A stretch of 64,000 bases of DNA, from assembly GCA_048013815.1 (NCBI GenBank), contig CM106585.1, forward strand, positions 6,200,001 through 6,264,000, in the 5' to 3' direction. The notes below the pieces were generated by a model. That model made no database searches. It had not been told where the DNA came from and saw only the letters and a program-made list of their open reading frames with translations. Shown piece by piece: positions 24,743 to 38,311 of this stretch. Both the position numbers and the translations under genes were made by a program. This DNA is from Setoptus koraiensis (Eukaryota; Animalia; Arthropoda). Every line of letters starts with the position of its first letter. The first letter of the stretch is position 1.

Positions 24743-27700
24743 TGATGGGATATTTTTCCACACAATCGGCTGCTTTCTCGTGTTGGACTGGCCGAGATTA
24801 TTCTTTCAATGGTCAGACACAGGCGAACAACTTTACCGACAAGTTTCTTCTTTGTTTGTTTGAGCTGGCTGCGTTGCGGCTCGACATCGGTCGCGACATG
24901 TTTGCGCTCCCCAATTTGGCGCAATCGCCAAGCCACCAGCAACCTGTCGCAGCAGGTCTCACCTGTCGGCTCACCTGTCACGCCAACGGTTACTGGTGGC
25001 TCGGGGGCGTCGCCCTTGGATGTTGAGTCAGCTGGCGCTCGCTCGATCTGCGGCACCATTGGCATCGATCGACAGATCGACGCAGCGATACATCGATCTG
25101 TCGATATGCTGTTGATCGGTCAATCTGCCCCTGGCCGCCGGCCGATGGTTCAATGGTCCAGCGAGACCTGGTGACAGTTGCTGGCGATTGTTGCTGGCGA
25201 TTGTTGCTGGCGACGGCTGGTTGACAGCTCGACGGTGCGCCAGTTGACAATTGGCCTCCAGCTTCTTTTCTCTGAATTTCTCTGCGTCTCTCTGCACTGT
25301 ACTTTTCATTTCGGCCCGCCAACAATGGAGCGATTCAAGCGATAAACTTTCGATTATCAATAGGAGCAAATGCGTCTGACACTGTCACACTGACAGTGTC
25401 ATTAGTGGCTTACTTTCATTGCGCGACACCTTTGCTGCAAAGGCGTCGCGCAAGTGAGACAACGGATTCATTTTTATTATTAACAACACAAACAACAGCT
25501 GCTCGATAAATGCTAATGATTTTACAGGTGACGACTGGCAACTGTCACTTGTGTGTTGCGGTCGTCGTAATTGTTGGTTTGGCGCTGTCCAACAGCAGCA
25601 TATCAGTCAGTGTGTATCGCAGCAATCAATCGCATCAGCGCCGATAGGGCAAAAAGAGCGAGAGCTTAGAAGAAACAAAAAGAGAGTAAAAACACTTTGC
25701 ATACTGGCTGCTCGTTTGCTTTGGCTGAATCTGCCAATGGATAAATCGCGACACACATTGCATCACATTGTGCCACCAATTGCCAATCGGTCAATTGGTG
25801 ACACAATGCAGCATACGCAGCGACACAAACATCATTACCTTGTGTCCACAGTAATCACCACATGTCTAGCCACAGATCCATTACTGACAGGTGATTTGCG
25901 ACACTTGGTTACATAATACACATGATACACATGATACACAAGGTGTGTGTGTGTGTCACGCTTCGACACGCCAGTCAGAAGGGGACCGGCCAGTAAGAAG
26001 CGGGCGCAAAAAGCCACCGAGAAACGGCAACAAATTCGAGGCAAAAACTGGTCGCTGTCACCGTTGTGCAAATAATAAATACAATATGCAATATATATAG
26101 ATCGGGCGCAGCTTGTCGGCGGGTTGTGTCGCAGTGCCTTGTCAGACGATGCTTAAATATATTTGGTTGTATCTCGGCCAGGGGTCATTGATATTGATAG
26201 AGCCGTACACCGATTAACCGTCTCGATCCATGCCACATATCGTGTCAGCTAGCCATTGTTTGCAATCCAGCGTACAACGTATACTGTTATTATCTCAATT
26301 TATTGTTCATTCATCAGTAATTGACCTCCTTTGGCGCATTGTGCTGTTTTTCTTCTCTTGTCAGTGTTGTGCTAATTAAAACATGTGGGCAAAAAATAAA
26401 TAATCGCATCATCGTGTATGTGCGCCACTTTCAATTATGCGCCCCTTGCGCCAACAACTTGCCGCTTAATTAATTGTTAATTGTATAATCAATATAAACA
26501 ATATAATCAATATAATTGTGTGTGTGTGATTGGGAGATGGACAAGAAAAGTCGAGTTCAGTTGCAATTGGGCAACTGTTACCATTGCAGCAACGTTGCGC
26601 CTTTGCATTGTCAAACCGCGCTTACTTCCGGTGTGTTCAAATTGTTTGTCTCATTGGCACACAACAAAGCGCCGGTGTATGCCGTGCAAATACAACAAAA
26701 AACAGTAACCACTTAATTAGCACTTGGGCTACCGTTTGCACTTGTCGACTGTGCCAACTTCCTCACTCTGATGGCTGTTGTTAATTGTCTGCTCAATAAA
26801 TGCTCAATTGACCCACCGTTGATTGGTGCTTGTCATAGTCACCGTTGTTTGGTTGGCGATTTCACCGGTGTGTGTTGAATAAGCTTGCACATTTACATAA
26901 CTAACTAACTAGTTTCACTTGGACGAGCAGCTATTGACAGTTATTCCCAACCTGAAAGTATTCAAATTATCAATATTAAAGAATAAATTCGGGCTGAGAA
27001 AACCAACAATGCCATTTATTACGTTATTAGTTGCGTATGCGGATGACTTTGATGAAACTCACTGATACTAACGATTGTCTCACGATTGCTGTTGTTGACT
27101 AAATATTTTGGTCGGCGATATTCACTTCATGCTCGCCACTTTTGGTGGTGTCCGCAAATGGACACTACCAAAAGTGAAATGATTGAGCTTGTTGGTTCAC
27201 TATTGGCAACTATTGATTTGCGCCCAACTGTCGATTGGTGCCGCCAGTGATCGCTATCCAGTTAATTGTCAATTGATAATTGATGTATGCCAGATCACAC
27301 AATTTGCTACTGTTGCTGCTGCCGCTGTTGTTGTTGCTGTTGTTGCTGTTGCTGCTGGCACAAGTTGCAACAAGTTAAATCGGCCGAGCACACCAAACTG
27401 ATCTATCATCATTATGGTGGCATCAATTGGACAGTTATTTTCACTGTTGTTTGTTGCTTGCCTAACAATTAATGACAATTGTTTTGTTTCAGCCCGGCAC
27501 CAATACGGCTCAGTACACCCGCAAACAGCCGCACTCGCTCGGCGAAAACTAATTCACTGCATACTAATTAGCAGTGCCAAATTGCAAATAATGTCCGCTC
27601 ATTTAGACATACCAGCTGGCATCTTGTTGTTGCTGTTGTCGTTGCTGTTGTTGTCGTTGTTGTTGTTGTTGCTGCTGCTGCTGCTGTTGTTGTTGTTGTG

Positions 27701-30700
27701 ACGTATCTCATCGGAAGACAGTTATTCTATTAATCTCTCGGCCACGCTAATGTATGAATAGTGTTGAATATAGTACTAACAATTATTGGCCATTCTGTTT
27801 TTTATCAATTATGCTATTCTAAAACTAGTGCAATAAACTAATCAAATGTCAACCTGATGAACAGAAAACAACAGCAACCACTCGCTGGCTGATGATGACA
27901 AAACTTGATGTTGGCCCAACGAATGCATACTATCTAGACACTGTACAAACAATATATAATGATGACAATTGACAATTGATAGTATTGCTTGCATGAGGCT
28001 GGATGTATCATCATCGAGCTAATTGAGCTAATACCCAATACAACAGGCAGCAGCAGCGGCAGTTAACACCTAGCACCTGGAGTCGCCACGATTATTATTA
28101 TTATTTTGCTGCTGCTGCTGCTGTGGCATAGGTAAATCCATCTAGATCAAGAGCTTAGCTTCATCGGGCTGCTCTCTCCCTCTGTTGTTTGTCTGGATAT
28201 TCCGCTGCCAGCTCTATCTTGTATGTGGCTTGTCGACTAGCTACATAGATAGATGGTCGTATATCGTCGTCGTCGTCGTCGTCGTGTTATAGATTGTCGC
28301 CAGTTCCTCACAAATACACACGATCAGATGTATCGTGGGTGTATCATCGTTTGTCATCCATTATATTTATATTTGTATATATATTTATATATATATATAC
28401 TTATATTATGTAACATTATGTAACTGCATTAATTAATTTGATTGAGTCAATTGATTCCTAAGTATCGGCAACCCAATAGACGATAGCAGCAGCAGCAGCA
28501 GCATACCGACGAGCAACTTTTGTACCATATGTGGCCTGTAGACGATTGAGTCTGCCAATCGAATGCAACCTACAATTGGTTGTACAATTGGTTGTACAAT
28601 TGGTTGGATTGCATAATATTCGTTGCCGGGCTTTGTGGCTGGTACTCGTTGTGCTGGTGTACAGGCCAGGCTACGGTTTGCTAATGCTATCATGGTATCA
28701 AAAACAATAATGCTGGCAGTGTTTAAACAAAAATGTTTGACGTCATAATGTCAGCTACGATGACAGCACACATTGTTGTCTCTGCCTGTCCTCTGTGGTG
28801 TTTATCTGTGGTGTTGGGTCTGGGTAAATATTGTAATGAATCAATTAAGGTCGATACATGTTGCTGCAAGCAACAACAACAACGACAACAACAACAACAA
28901 CAGGCAATACACACTGGTCATAGCAATAACAATTGGCTAGTGAGGTGAGACGTAACAAATGTAACAAACTGGTGCCTATCCGTTTCTATAGGCCTATCCT
29001 TCTGTTTCTGTTGTTGTCACACAACACTGTTGCTGGCAGCCATTTAAATTGGCTTAGCTTAGTAGTCTATCCATGCAGACACCATGACGGGCTGCCGCTT
29101 GTTAGTGTGGATGGCCAACCAATACATATAAAATGATAATCCATGATGATGATATGATCGGCCATATTTTGTGCAAGCTCACCATCATCATTATATCACT
29201 TATATACATATATATCAAATATATATCAAATATATGTATATACATATCATCCATATCGCATGCCGATTGCAATATTGCTGACTGTAGCTTTGTCGTTGGG
29301 CATTTACAATTGTTTGATGTGGTTGTTAGTTGGCGTTTACAAACCAACAACACTCAATGCGCTTTTATCCGATACTCCATTGCTAATCTCATTTCTATTA
29401 CGCTACTAACAGTTTAAATGTGTCTATTAATACATATCTCATGTACCACAGTACAAGCTAGCCTACACAAGTATTGATAGTGGCAGATATAAATAGATGT
29501 TACCATTGGAGAGGCGCATATCGATGGGCAGACAGTCTATTAGCGATAATCAGGGCGCTTCTTTTTGCCATTCTGCTAGCCATCCACTATGCAACAACTT
29601 GGTCTGGTCTGCCAGGCTGTCATTGATTTAATCTAACATTTATTTCACTGGTCAACATGTGGTAGACAGTTGTTTACGTCCAGAGACACTTTTTCTGTAA
29701 CAAGCACTCGCTTTCATTCTGACCTTTCTGTGGGGGGCTACCCATCGATTCAGCGAAATTCATCGGATCTGTTGCCATCGACTTTGTTTGCGAGGTCGCA
29801 CAGTAAATCGCAAGCAGCTTGCATAATGTCCGGTCTAGTCAGAATCGTTGTCAGGAACAATTTGTTCTTCTTCTTTGTTTCGCTTCGCGATAATCAGCGA
29901 AAACACAGTCGATTTTTTCGAGGGATCATTCCAATATTCAAAACTTTTCCTTGGCCTTCAATGAAAAGTTTCAAGCTTCAAGGCTGGAAGCAAGTCGCAA
30001 GCTGTCCGCCGACAATCGACTTGTGAGAGGTCAAAGAGGAGGTCCACGGGCTCCCGAAAAAGTCGCGAATGGGGAAAATGCGAACAAAGTGATAGACATT
30101 ACAACACACTGCACTCCACTTGTATCGCCAGATTCGGATACCCAAGTTCGCAGTCTTAAACCGATCGTGGGACACGGCGAGAACTCAGCCTGCCGGTGCT
30201 GCGATTTGGAAGTTGAAATGCGCCTCACCTCCTCCTATTTTTCATCTCCCGCCAGCACTTGTGCAATGAAAAATTGTCGTCTCATGAGACTTTTTGTAGC
30301 GAGTTGGGGGCCCCAGTCCCCGATCACTGGGCAAATAGTTGAATAATCTTGAAGTGAACGGTCCGGAGTCGAAAATCTGCTTGAAATTCGCGCTCTTTTA
30401 TACGCACAGCACAGGTGTCAGTGATTTGTGGTGTGCATAGTGAGTGTATCCTGTCCAAACAGACTGTGCAACGGCGGAGGGTGCGATAAGTGACCAACGA
30501 ACAAAAATGTACGCGCAAAGGCGGGCACATTTTGGCAGTTAAATTGCGCAGTAAGAGCGTTAACTGCGGTGGAAGCAGTTTGTGCACACAAGATCGTGTG
30601 CACAATTTGCTACACTAAAGCAGCACTGCTGTTTGTGAACAGAAACGAGCACAACAGAACACAACACAACACACCCTCTGTCTCGATAATTCACAAAGGA

Positions 30701-30912
30701 ACGCTCAACATCGAGACTGGTGAATTATTGTTACATTTGTCGGATATTATAAATATTTATACAATCATCGCACTGAACCCATTAGGACATCATTCATCTC
30801 GAACGCACTGGATAATACAATAAACTTGTTATAATTATACGTACACACGCCGACCGACCGACCGACCACACTAGCGACGATTCGTATTCGACATCATCGG
30901 CAGCGCACCATC

Positions 30913-31566
30913 ATGCAGGCACCTTCGAACGTTGAAAATTTCTCGCCCCAGATAATCAGGCAAATAGCCAGGGAATTGGGCGAGCTTTCACAGAATGCGC
31001 TCGAGGGCATCAGAGTTCTGTTCAAAGAGGACGACATAACGAATATCCAGGCGGACATTGATGGTCCGGCTGGAACGCCATACCACGGAGGCTCATTCCG
31101 TATTAGATTGATATTAGGAAAACATTACCCGACCGCCCCACCAAAAGGATTTTTTGTAACTAAGATATTCCATCCAAATGTTGCACGCAATGGAGAGATT
31201 TGCGTCAATACACTCAAAAAAGATTGGAACCAAGATCTCGGCATTAAGCATATTCTATTAACAATTAAATGTCTATTAATAGTACCAAATCCTGAATCTG
31301 CTCTAAACGAAGAGGCCGGCAAGATGCTATTAGAACAATACGAGGATTATTGTCAACGGGCTAAAATGATGACAGAGATTCATGCGCCAAAATCCAAGAC
31401 AGCTGATAGCCAATCGCAGTCTCAGCCACAGCCATCATCATCTCAGGACACTGGCCGCTCCGACGAGCCAGCAGCAAAGAGATTGCACACTAGTAACAAT
31501 ACTGCCCAAAACAGTGTTCAACAAAAATCCAATCGCCTAAAACGAGTACTCAGGCTCAGGTCCTAA
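30913..31566 (+). CDS. UBE2S: Ubiquitin-conjugating enzyme E2 S, intronless, 217 aa
   Basis: UBC fold with HPN motif and catalytic Cys97 ([20 protein letters not shown]). UBE2S-specific [36 protein letters not shown] and a basic C-terminal tail ([10 protein letters not shown]). Confidence 0.95.
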   Translation: MQAPSNVENFSPQIIRQIARELGELSQNALEGIRVLFKEDDITNIQADIDGPAGTPYHGGSFRIRLILGKHYPTAPPKGFFVTKIFHPNVARNGEICVNTLKKDWNQDLGIKHILLTIKCLLIVPNPESALNEEAGKMLLEQYEDYCQRAKMMTEIHAPKSKTADSQSQSQPQPSSSQDTGRSDEPAAKRLHTSNNTAQNSVQQKSNRLKRVLRLRS

Positions 31567-32297
31567 ACAACAAATCCACAAAATTAAGAAACATACTTAT
31601 TATTATAATTATTATTATCACCACCACCATCACTACTACTACCACTACTACCTATTGCTACTATTTCTATTACCACCACTATACCAAATACTTATAAGTT
31701 TTATCAGTAGACCTTCAGTGACTATGTATTCTTTTTTGAAAAAAAAAATTTCCGCTCCTTCTTTTCATTAGACCTCATCAACAAAACGGATCAAATTAAT
31801 CTCCATTCATCACGGGGCCTATATATTATACAATATAAAGAGTTTGCAAAGATATTATAATTGTTTCGTCCGCATGGTGGCGTCTTTATTTCAATATCAA
31901 TCTAGATACCCGTTCATTCCTCTACCACATGTCTCTTGAACGCATCGATTAGCGCACTAGCTTCTCATGTAGTGTACAATTCTACTCCAGCAGCGCCGCG
32001 TTACGGAACAAACCATAACGAAATTTCTCCTGGCCTAGCGGAAGCAGGTCAATTGTTATTTTGCATCATAAATAATACATGTAATGCGCACAATCGGTGC
32101 TCCCTCAAAAATACTTGTTTTTCGCTCATTGCTGTGTCCCTTGAAGGCAACATCGGAATACATCTCGACACCCTCTAATGACGGTCAAATCTGAACATAT
32201 TTGAGTGTATCCATTAAAATACAGCTCTTTATTATTGGAACAATATCGTCTGGATTATTACTGATTATCCAAACCGATCCTATTCAAAACAGGACTC

Positions 32298-32669
32298 ATG
32301 GCTAGCCTCAAGGCAGCAAAACTATGCTCACTGTTAAGTCAGACTAGTCGGATTGCAAGTCAATGTCACCATCGTACACGTTTCGGCAGCACGCACAATA
32401 ACGTTTTTTTGAGACAAATATCTACTTCACCTGTGCACAATCATCTTCCTAGCGAAAAACTAAGCGAAAATGAGGACAGGCCACGATGGGTTGTGACCAA
32501 AGAAAGTAATAGCTTAAAAGATCGATTACTGGATGGCACTTATGAAAATTTAAATCTGACTATTCTTTGGATTATAATCGGTGGTTGGGCTGTCTGGTGG
32601 TGTAATGAGTGGTTTCCCAGAATCAGAGTAGAAGATTTGAAAAAGGAAGCCTTGAGCAGGAAGCACTAA
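32298..32669 (+). CDS. Small single-pass membrane protein with mitochondrial-presequence-like N-terminus, 123 aa
   Basis: N-terminal ~48 aa are rich in R/K/S/L and lack acidic residues, ending RQISTS; one hydrophobic Trp-rich helix ([15 protein letters not shown]). The coding part is conserved in the duplicate at 38296-38528. Family not recognised. Confidence 0.7.
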   Translation: MASLKAAKLCSLLSQTSRIASQCHHRTRFGSTHNNVFLRQISTSPVHNHLPSEKLSENEDRPRWVVTKESNSLKDRLLDGTYENLNLTILWIIIGGWAVWWCNEWFPRIRVEDLKKEALSRKH

Positions 32670-32784
32670 ACGTTACTACTAACAAGCTCGTTTTCATGCG
32701 TATATATATATATATAGATGTAGAGTCAATTACATGTCAAAACAAATGATTATCATATTAAAGTTATGATTGTTTGACAGTGAG

Positions 32785-32899
32785 TCAAGAATCGTAGTCA
32801 TTGTCGTTGTCGTGAGTCATTGAAATGATATGTTTGCTTATAAGAATAATGCTACTCACATTGAAACTTTTCAGCTTCTCGTCAATCTAATTGGTTCCA
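32785..32899 (-). pseudogene. Deleted remnant of the spliced coiled-coil gene found intact at 38640-39237
   Basis: Matches 38640-38671 and 39107-39189, lacking the intervening 435 bp. A GAG codon of the intact copy is TAG here (32887-32889). Confidence 0.7.
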
Positions 32900-32952
32900 A
32901 GAAGTGGTAGACTGAAGCAGGTATTAACGGAGGAAAGAAGAATATCTGTTTT

Positions 32953-33452
32953 NNNNNNNNNNNNNNNNNNNNNNNNNNNNNNNNNNNNNNNNNNNNNNNN
33001 NNNNNNNNNNNNNNNNNNNNNNNNNNNNNNNNNNNNNNNNNNNNNNNNNNNNNNNNNNNNNNNNNNNNNNNNNNNNNNNNNNNNNNNNNNNNNNNNNNNN
33101 NNNNNNNNNNNNNNNNNNNNNNNNNNNNNNNNNNNNNNNNNNNNNNNNNNNNNNNNNNNNNNNNNNNNNNNNNNNNNNNNNNNNNNNNNNNNNNNNNNNN
33201 NNNNNNNNNNNNNNNNNNNNNNNNNNNNNNNNNNNNNNNNNNNNNNNNNNNNNNNNNNNNNNNNNNNNNNNNNNNNNNNNNNNNNNNNNNNNNNNNNNNN
33301 NNNNNNNNNNNNNNNNNNNNNNNNNNNNNNNNNNNNNNNNNNNNNNNNNNNNNNNNNNNNNNNNNNNNNNNNNNNNNNNNNNNNNNNNNNNNNNNNNNNN
33401 NNNNNNNNNNNNNNNNNNNNNNNNNNNNNNNNNNNNNNNNNNNNNNNNNNNN
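32953..33452. other. Assembly gap (500 N)
   Basis: Run of N; the round length suggests a scaffolding placeholder. It hides the SRP54 3' end. Confidence 0.99.
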
Positions 33453-34826
<1,374 letters not shown>

Positions 34827-35284
34827 TTAGATTCAGATTGTCCTGATATAATATTAAATAAAAATAGTACAAAAAATAATTAAAATCTATACAAATTAAT
34901 AATAATAGATTGACTATCATGTGGAAATCATGTTTTTCTTTTTGCCTTATGGCACATTTTGTTGTTTACGCGATGCGCAGATTCCGACGATTTGTTTTTC
35001 GTTCTGCTCAGGAATGATAAATTGCTGCGCATTAGCTAGCAGAAGCGTAAAGATAGTTTTTAGATCTCAGAGAGCCAATGATCGTAGACCTTTATCATCT
35101 TTACGAAGATATGTCACCCTACCGATCACACTGACCGTAACAATATCGACGGATCTAGACGATATTTGTACAGTTTTGAAAACCTGTGTCTTGTCGGGTG
35201 TGTTTTTTCTTTATTTTTTGAGAGATTTGGGATTTGACCAGAAGAGAACTGCAGTTTGGCGCCAATAGAGGGTGGCGATGGCGA

Positions 35285-35620
35285 TTACATCAGGGTTGCG
35301 GAAGTGATAGTGATTGTGTGCGGCGACGAGCTCATTTGACGTCGCCGGTGGTGCTTCGACTGCAAATTAATGGAATGCTTTTTGGTGGTGGTGGTGTGCA
35401 AATTAGAAAAGAACGTCTTTAGTTTGTTCAAATTAAGATTGGAGCTCAATCTAGAACGCGACGACGTCGATATACTTTGGCCACTTATGTTGGTCACGCC
35501 CGAGTCGTTGCTGCTACTCGACGGCGCCTCGTGTATATCGAAACCCGACGGTGACCTTCGATGATGATGATCCGCATGGTGATGGTGATGATCATGATGA
35601 TGATAGTCGTCGGCCGACAT
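35285..35620 (-). CDS. His/Ser-rich ORF of unknown function, possibly a gene fragment
   Basis: 111-aa ORF (MSADDYHHHDHHHHH..SSSSNDSG..). The frame stays open upstream to ~35807 without an ATG; no recognisable domain. Confidence 0.3.
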   Translation of the reverse strand: MSADDYHHHDHHHHHADHHHRRSPSGFDIHEAPSSSSNDSGVTNISGQSISTSSRSRLSSNLNLNKLKTFFSNLHTTTTKKHSINLQSKHHRRRQMSSSPHTITITSATLM

Positions 35621-36652
35621 GTTGTTTACACAACAAGTGTTTGTCTGTCCAATCGGAAGTGTCTGACCGTTACAATCAATTGTGTTGCATGCAAACTGTT
35701 GTTGTTGTTTGTGTTATCGATTGTTGTCGTCGGAAATAGGTGACTGACTCCTTGTTGATAGTGATGGCGATTTGCAACATTGTGCGGACTTACCACCAGC
35801 CGTGGTCACCTGTTGTGCAATATTGTTATTGTTGTCATTGTTGTTTGTTGTTGCGGTGCCTTTGTCATTTTTAACATTACAATATCTACAAGTTGACGTA
35901 ACACCGCTTGTTATAACTGTTGATGTGAAATTCTTTGGGGCCTTACAAGCGCTTCGTGCAGTATCGTGCATTCTAGTTGATAATTTGGAGCCATACTACT
36001 CAAATGCTTTCTAGTTATCGCTGCAGTAAAACAAGCTGGATCTCTTCGATAAGTGTACTGTCTGATAATGGCTGTTTTTTACATTGATTGACTTTTTTGA
36101 CGATATCATGAATTCGGGCATAAGCAAAAAACATCACAACCCACATTACTGAAACTGAGCGCCAAGGCCTCTTCGATCGGATACAGAACTAGAGCCGTAA
36201 TTACATGGGCCCGGGCTCGCATGCGCCTCACGTGCACAAGCTTCATCACATGGATTTTCTAACTACCCAAGGGGGAAAAACTAACCTCGTCAATACTATT
36301 TAACAAGATGCTCGGTTCTCGTTCATTCATGCATTGACATGAATAGTTGACCAACCATTTACCTTCACGACATCAAACTTCTTTCAATAAATCAAAGTTT
36401 GCAGCACCATTCTTCGAATCGCTTTGAAACGAGCACATGTATGAATTGGTCAGTCTAGTCTATCGTCTTGTTATCCTCTGTGATGGTAAACATTCTCAAA
36501 TGATTTGTTAGTAATAATAATTTATTATTGCATCGATATACTATTGAAATTGTATATTGAAATAAATATTCTTTTTACAAAGTCGAAAAACCTAATCCTT
36601 TTTCTTATAAGGTTGTGATAAATTCTTTAGAAACAAACGGCAATGTATATTT

Positions 36653-37180
36653 TTACAGCTCGTCATGGTCGTCTGCAGTCGTTCTTTCTTCATCATCGCT
36701 AGGGCTGGATTTAGGACCAGATTTATCAGATTGGTAGAGTTTAGCGATGATTGGTGTGACAGTAACCTCAAGTTCCTTCTTTTTGGCCCTCAATTCTTCA
36801 GCATCAGCCGATGGATTGGACTCTAATCATTTGACAGCGTCCTCTGCCGATTCTTCAATCTTTGTCTTGGCATCATCTGATAGTTTTCTGCCCAATTTTT
36901 CTTTATCTTGTAATTGATTCTTTAATGAGTATGCGTATGATTCTAGTTCGTTCTTTGCCTCGACACGCTCCTTCAGTTTTTTATCATCATCAGCAAACTT
37001 TTCGGCCTCTTTGATCATACGATCGATGTCCTTTGGTTTCAGTCTGTTTTGATCATTAGTAATAGTGATACTCTGCTTGCTACCAGCTCATTTATCTTCA
37101 GCGGAAACTTTCAAAACACCGTTGATATCTATTTCGAAAGTAACTTCGATTTGTGGCACACCTCGGGGAGCTGGTGGAAC
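36653..37180 (-). pseudogene. HSPA5: 5'-truncated BiP/GRP78 (ER HSP70) pseudogene fragment
   Basis: Reads [82 protein letters not shown]. Two in-frame TGA at 37088-37090 and 36827-36829; ends in the ER-retention signal HDEL. Confidence 0.92.
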
Positions 37181-37222
37181 TTGACTTGGAGTGACTACTA
37201 TTGTTTATATATTTCATTATTA

Positions 37223-37625
37223 CAGAGTGTCCCATGTAAGACCGGTATACTTTATTTTTGAAAAACTTCCGATCCCCAGTGTAGGGGGGCGCTCAACTTT
37301 TTTTTCTAGAGAATATTAGTCAAAGGAAATTTATTGGTAAAGGTTCTATCATTATGCACCACGAAAAGTTTTGAAACATTTCCATAAGCAAAGGTACATT
37401 TTCGCTGAATTCTGCGCAGAGGTTCAGTTTTTCAGGAAGTTTTTACATCGAAAATTCGTCATTTAGTCTTGTTATGTGTCTATGGTGCAGCTTACAATGA
37501 TGAAATCATTGTCAACAGATTTCCTTTGACTCATATTCTCTGGAAAAAAAAGTTGAGCGCCCCCTATGGTGGGAATCTGAAGTTATTCAAGAATAAAGTA
37601 TGCAGGTCATATATGGGACAACCTG
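37223..37625. mobile_element. Non-autonomous Tc1/mariner-type MITE, 403 bp, ~113-bp imperfect TIRs, TA target-site duplication
   Basis: 37223-37336 (CAGAGTGTCCCATG..GGGGGCGCTCAACTTTTTTTTC..AGTCAAAGGAAAT) is the near reverse complement of 37513-37625. TA at 37221-37222 and 37626-37627; CAGxxTGTCCCA termini; no transposase ORF. Confidence 0.92.
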
Positions 37626-37759
37626 TATGTGTAAATTGTGCAAATAATCCATCTCGAATACACTGGATAATACAATAAACTTGTTTTAATTACCTACCGA
37701 CCGACCGACCGACCACACTAGCGACGATTCATATTCGACATCATCGGCAGCGCACCATC

Positions 37760-38311
37760 ATGCAAGCACCTTCGAACGGTGGAAATTTCTCGCCCTGGAT
37801 AACCAGGCAAATAACCAATGAATTGGACGAGCTTTCACATATTACGCACGGGGGCATCAGAGTTCTGTTCAAGGAGGACGACATAACGAATATCCAGGCG
37901 GACATTGATGGTCCGGCTGGAACGCCATACCACGGCGGCTCATTCCGTATCAGATTGATATTAGGAGAAGATTACCCGACCGCCCCACCAAAAGGATTTT
38001 TTGTAACTAAGATATTCCATCCAAATGTTGCAAGCGATGGAGAGATTTGCGTCAATACACTCAAAAAAGATTGGAACCAAGATCTCGGCATTACGCATAT
38101 TCTATTAACAATTAAACGTCTATTAATAGAACCAAATCCTGAATCTGCTCTAAACGAAGAGGCCGGCAAGATGCTATTAGAACAATACGAGGATTATTGT
38201 CAACGGGCTAAAATGATGACAGAGATTCATGCGCCAGAATCCAAGACAGCTGGTAGCCAATCGCATGAATCTAAACTTTTTGTTTTCCCCGTCAAACAAT
38301 CATCTTCCTAA
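37760..38311 (+). CDS. UBE2S: Diverged, C-terminally truncated UBE2S paralog, 183 aa
   Basis: Open frame retaining HPN and catalytic Cys97. After codon 168 a ~1-kb deletion replaces the basic tail with [15 protein letters not shown]. Whether it is functional or a pseudogene is unresolved. Confidence 0.75.
   Translation: MQAPSNGGNFSPWITRQITNELDELSHITHGGIRVLFKEDDITNIQADIDGPAGTPYHGGSFRIRLILGEDYPTAPPKGFFVTKIFHPNVASDGEICVNTLKKDWNQDLGITHILLTIKRLLIEPNPESALNEEAGKMLLEQYEDYCQRAKMMTEIHAPESKTAGSQSHESKLFVFPVKQSSS

Noticed and set aside
27010-27063. LLVAYADDF, resembling the YADD motif of non-LTR reverse transcriptases
   Set aside because: The frame is short and bounded by stops, and no other RT motifs are nearby. 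A YADD tetrapeptide is expected by chance roughly once in four windows of this size across six frames.
32298-32669. NDUFB11-like identity for the small mitochondrial-type protein (TM followed by PxxR..EA)
   Set aside because: The spacing differs from NDUFB11 and the upstream conserved residues are not evident; left unnamed pending an HMM search.
36120-36340. Degraded + strand frame with TQGGKTNLVNTINKMLG, reminiscent of a P-loop or viral helicase segment
   Set aside because: It lacks the first Gly of GxxxxGKT, is interrupted by stops and has no Walker B. It cannot be supported without a profile search.
36827-37090. TGA reassignment (Trp or Sec) suggested by TGA at a conserved Trp of BiP
   Set aside because: The other TGA replaces a conserved Gly, the fragment lacks the 5' three quarters of the gene, and neighbouring genes use TGG for Trp and TGA as stop.
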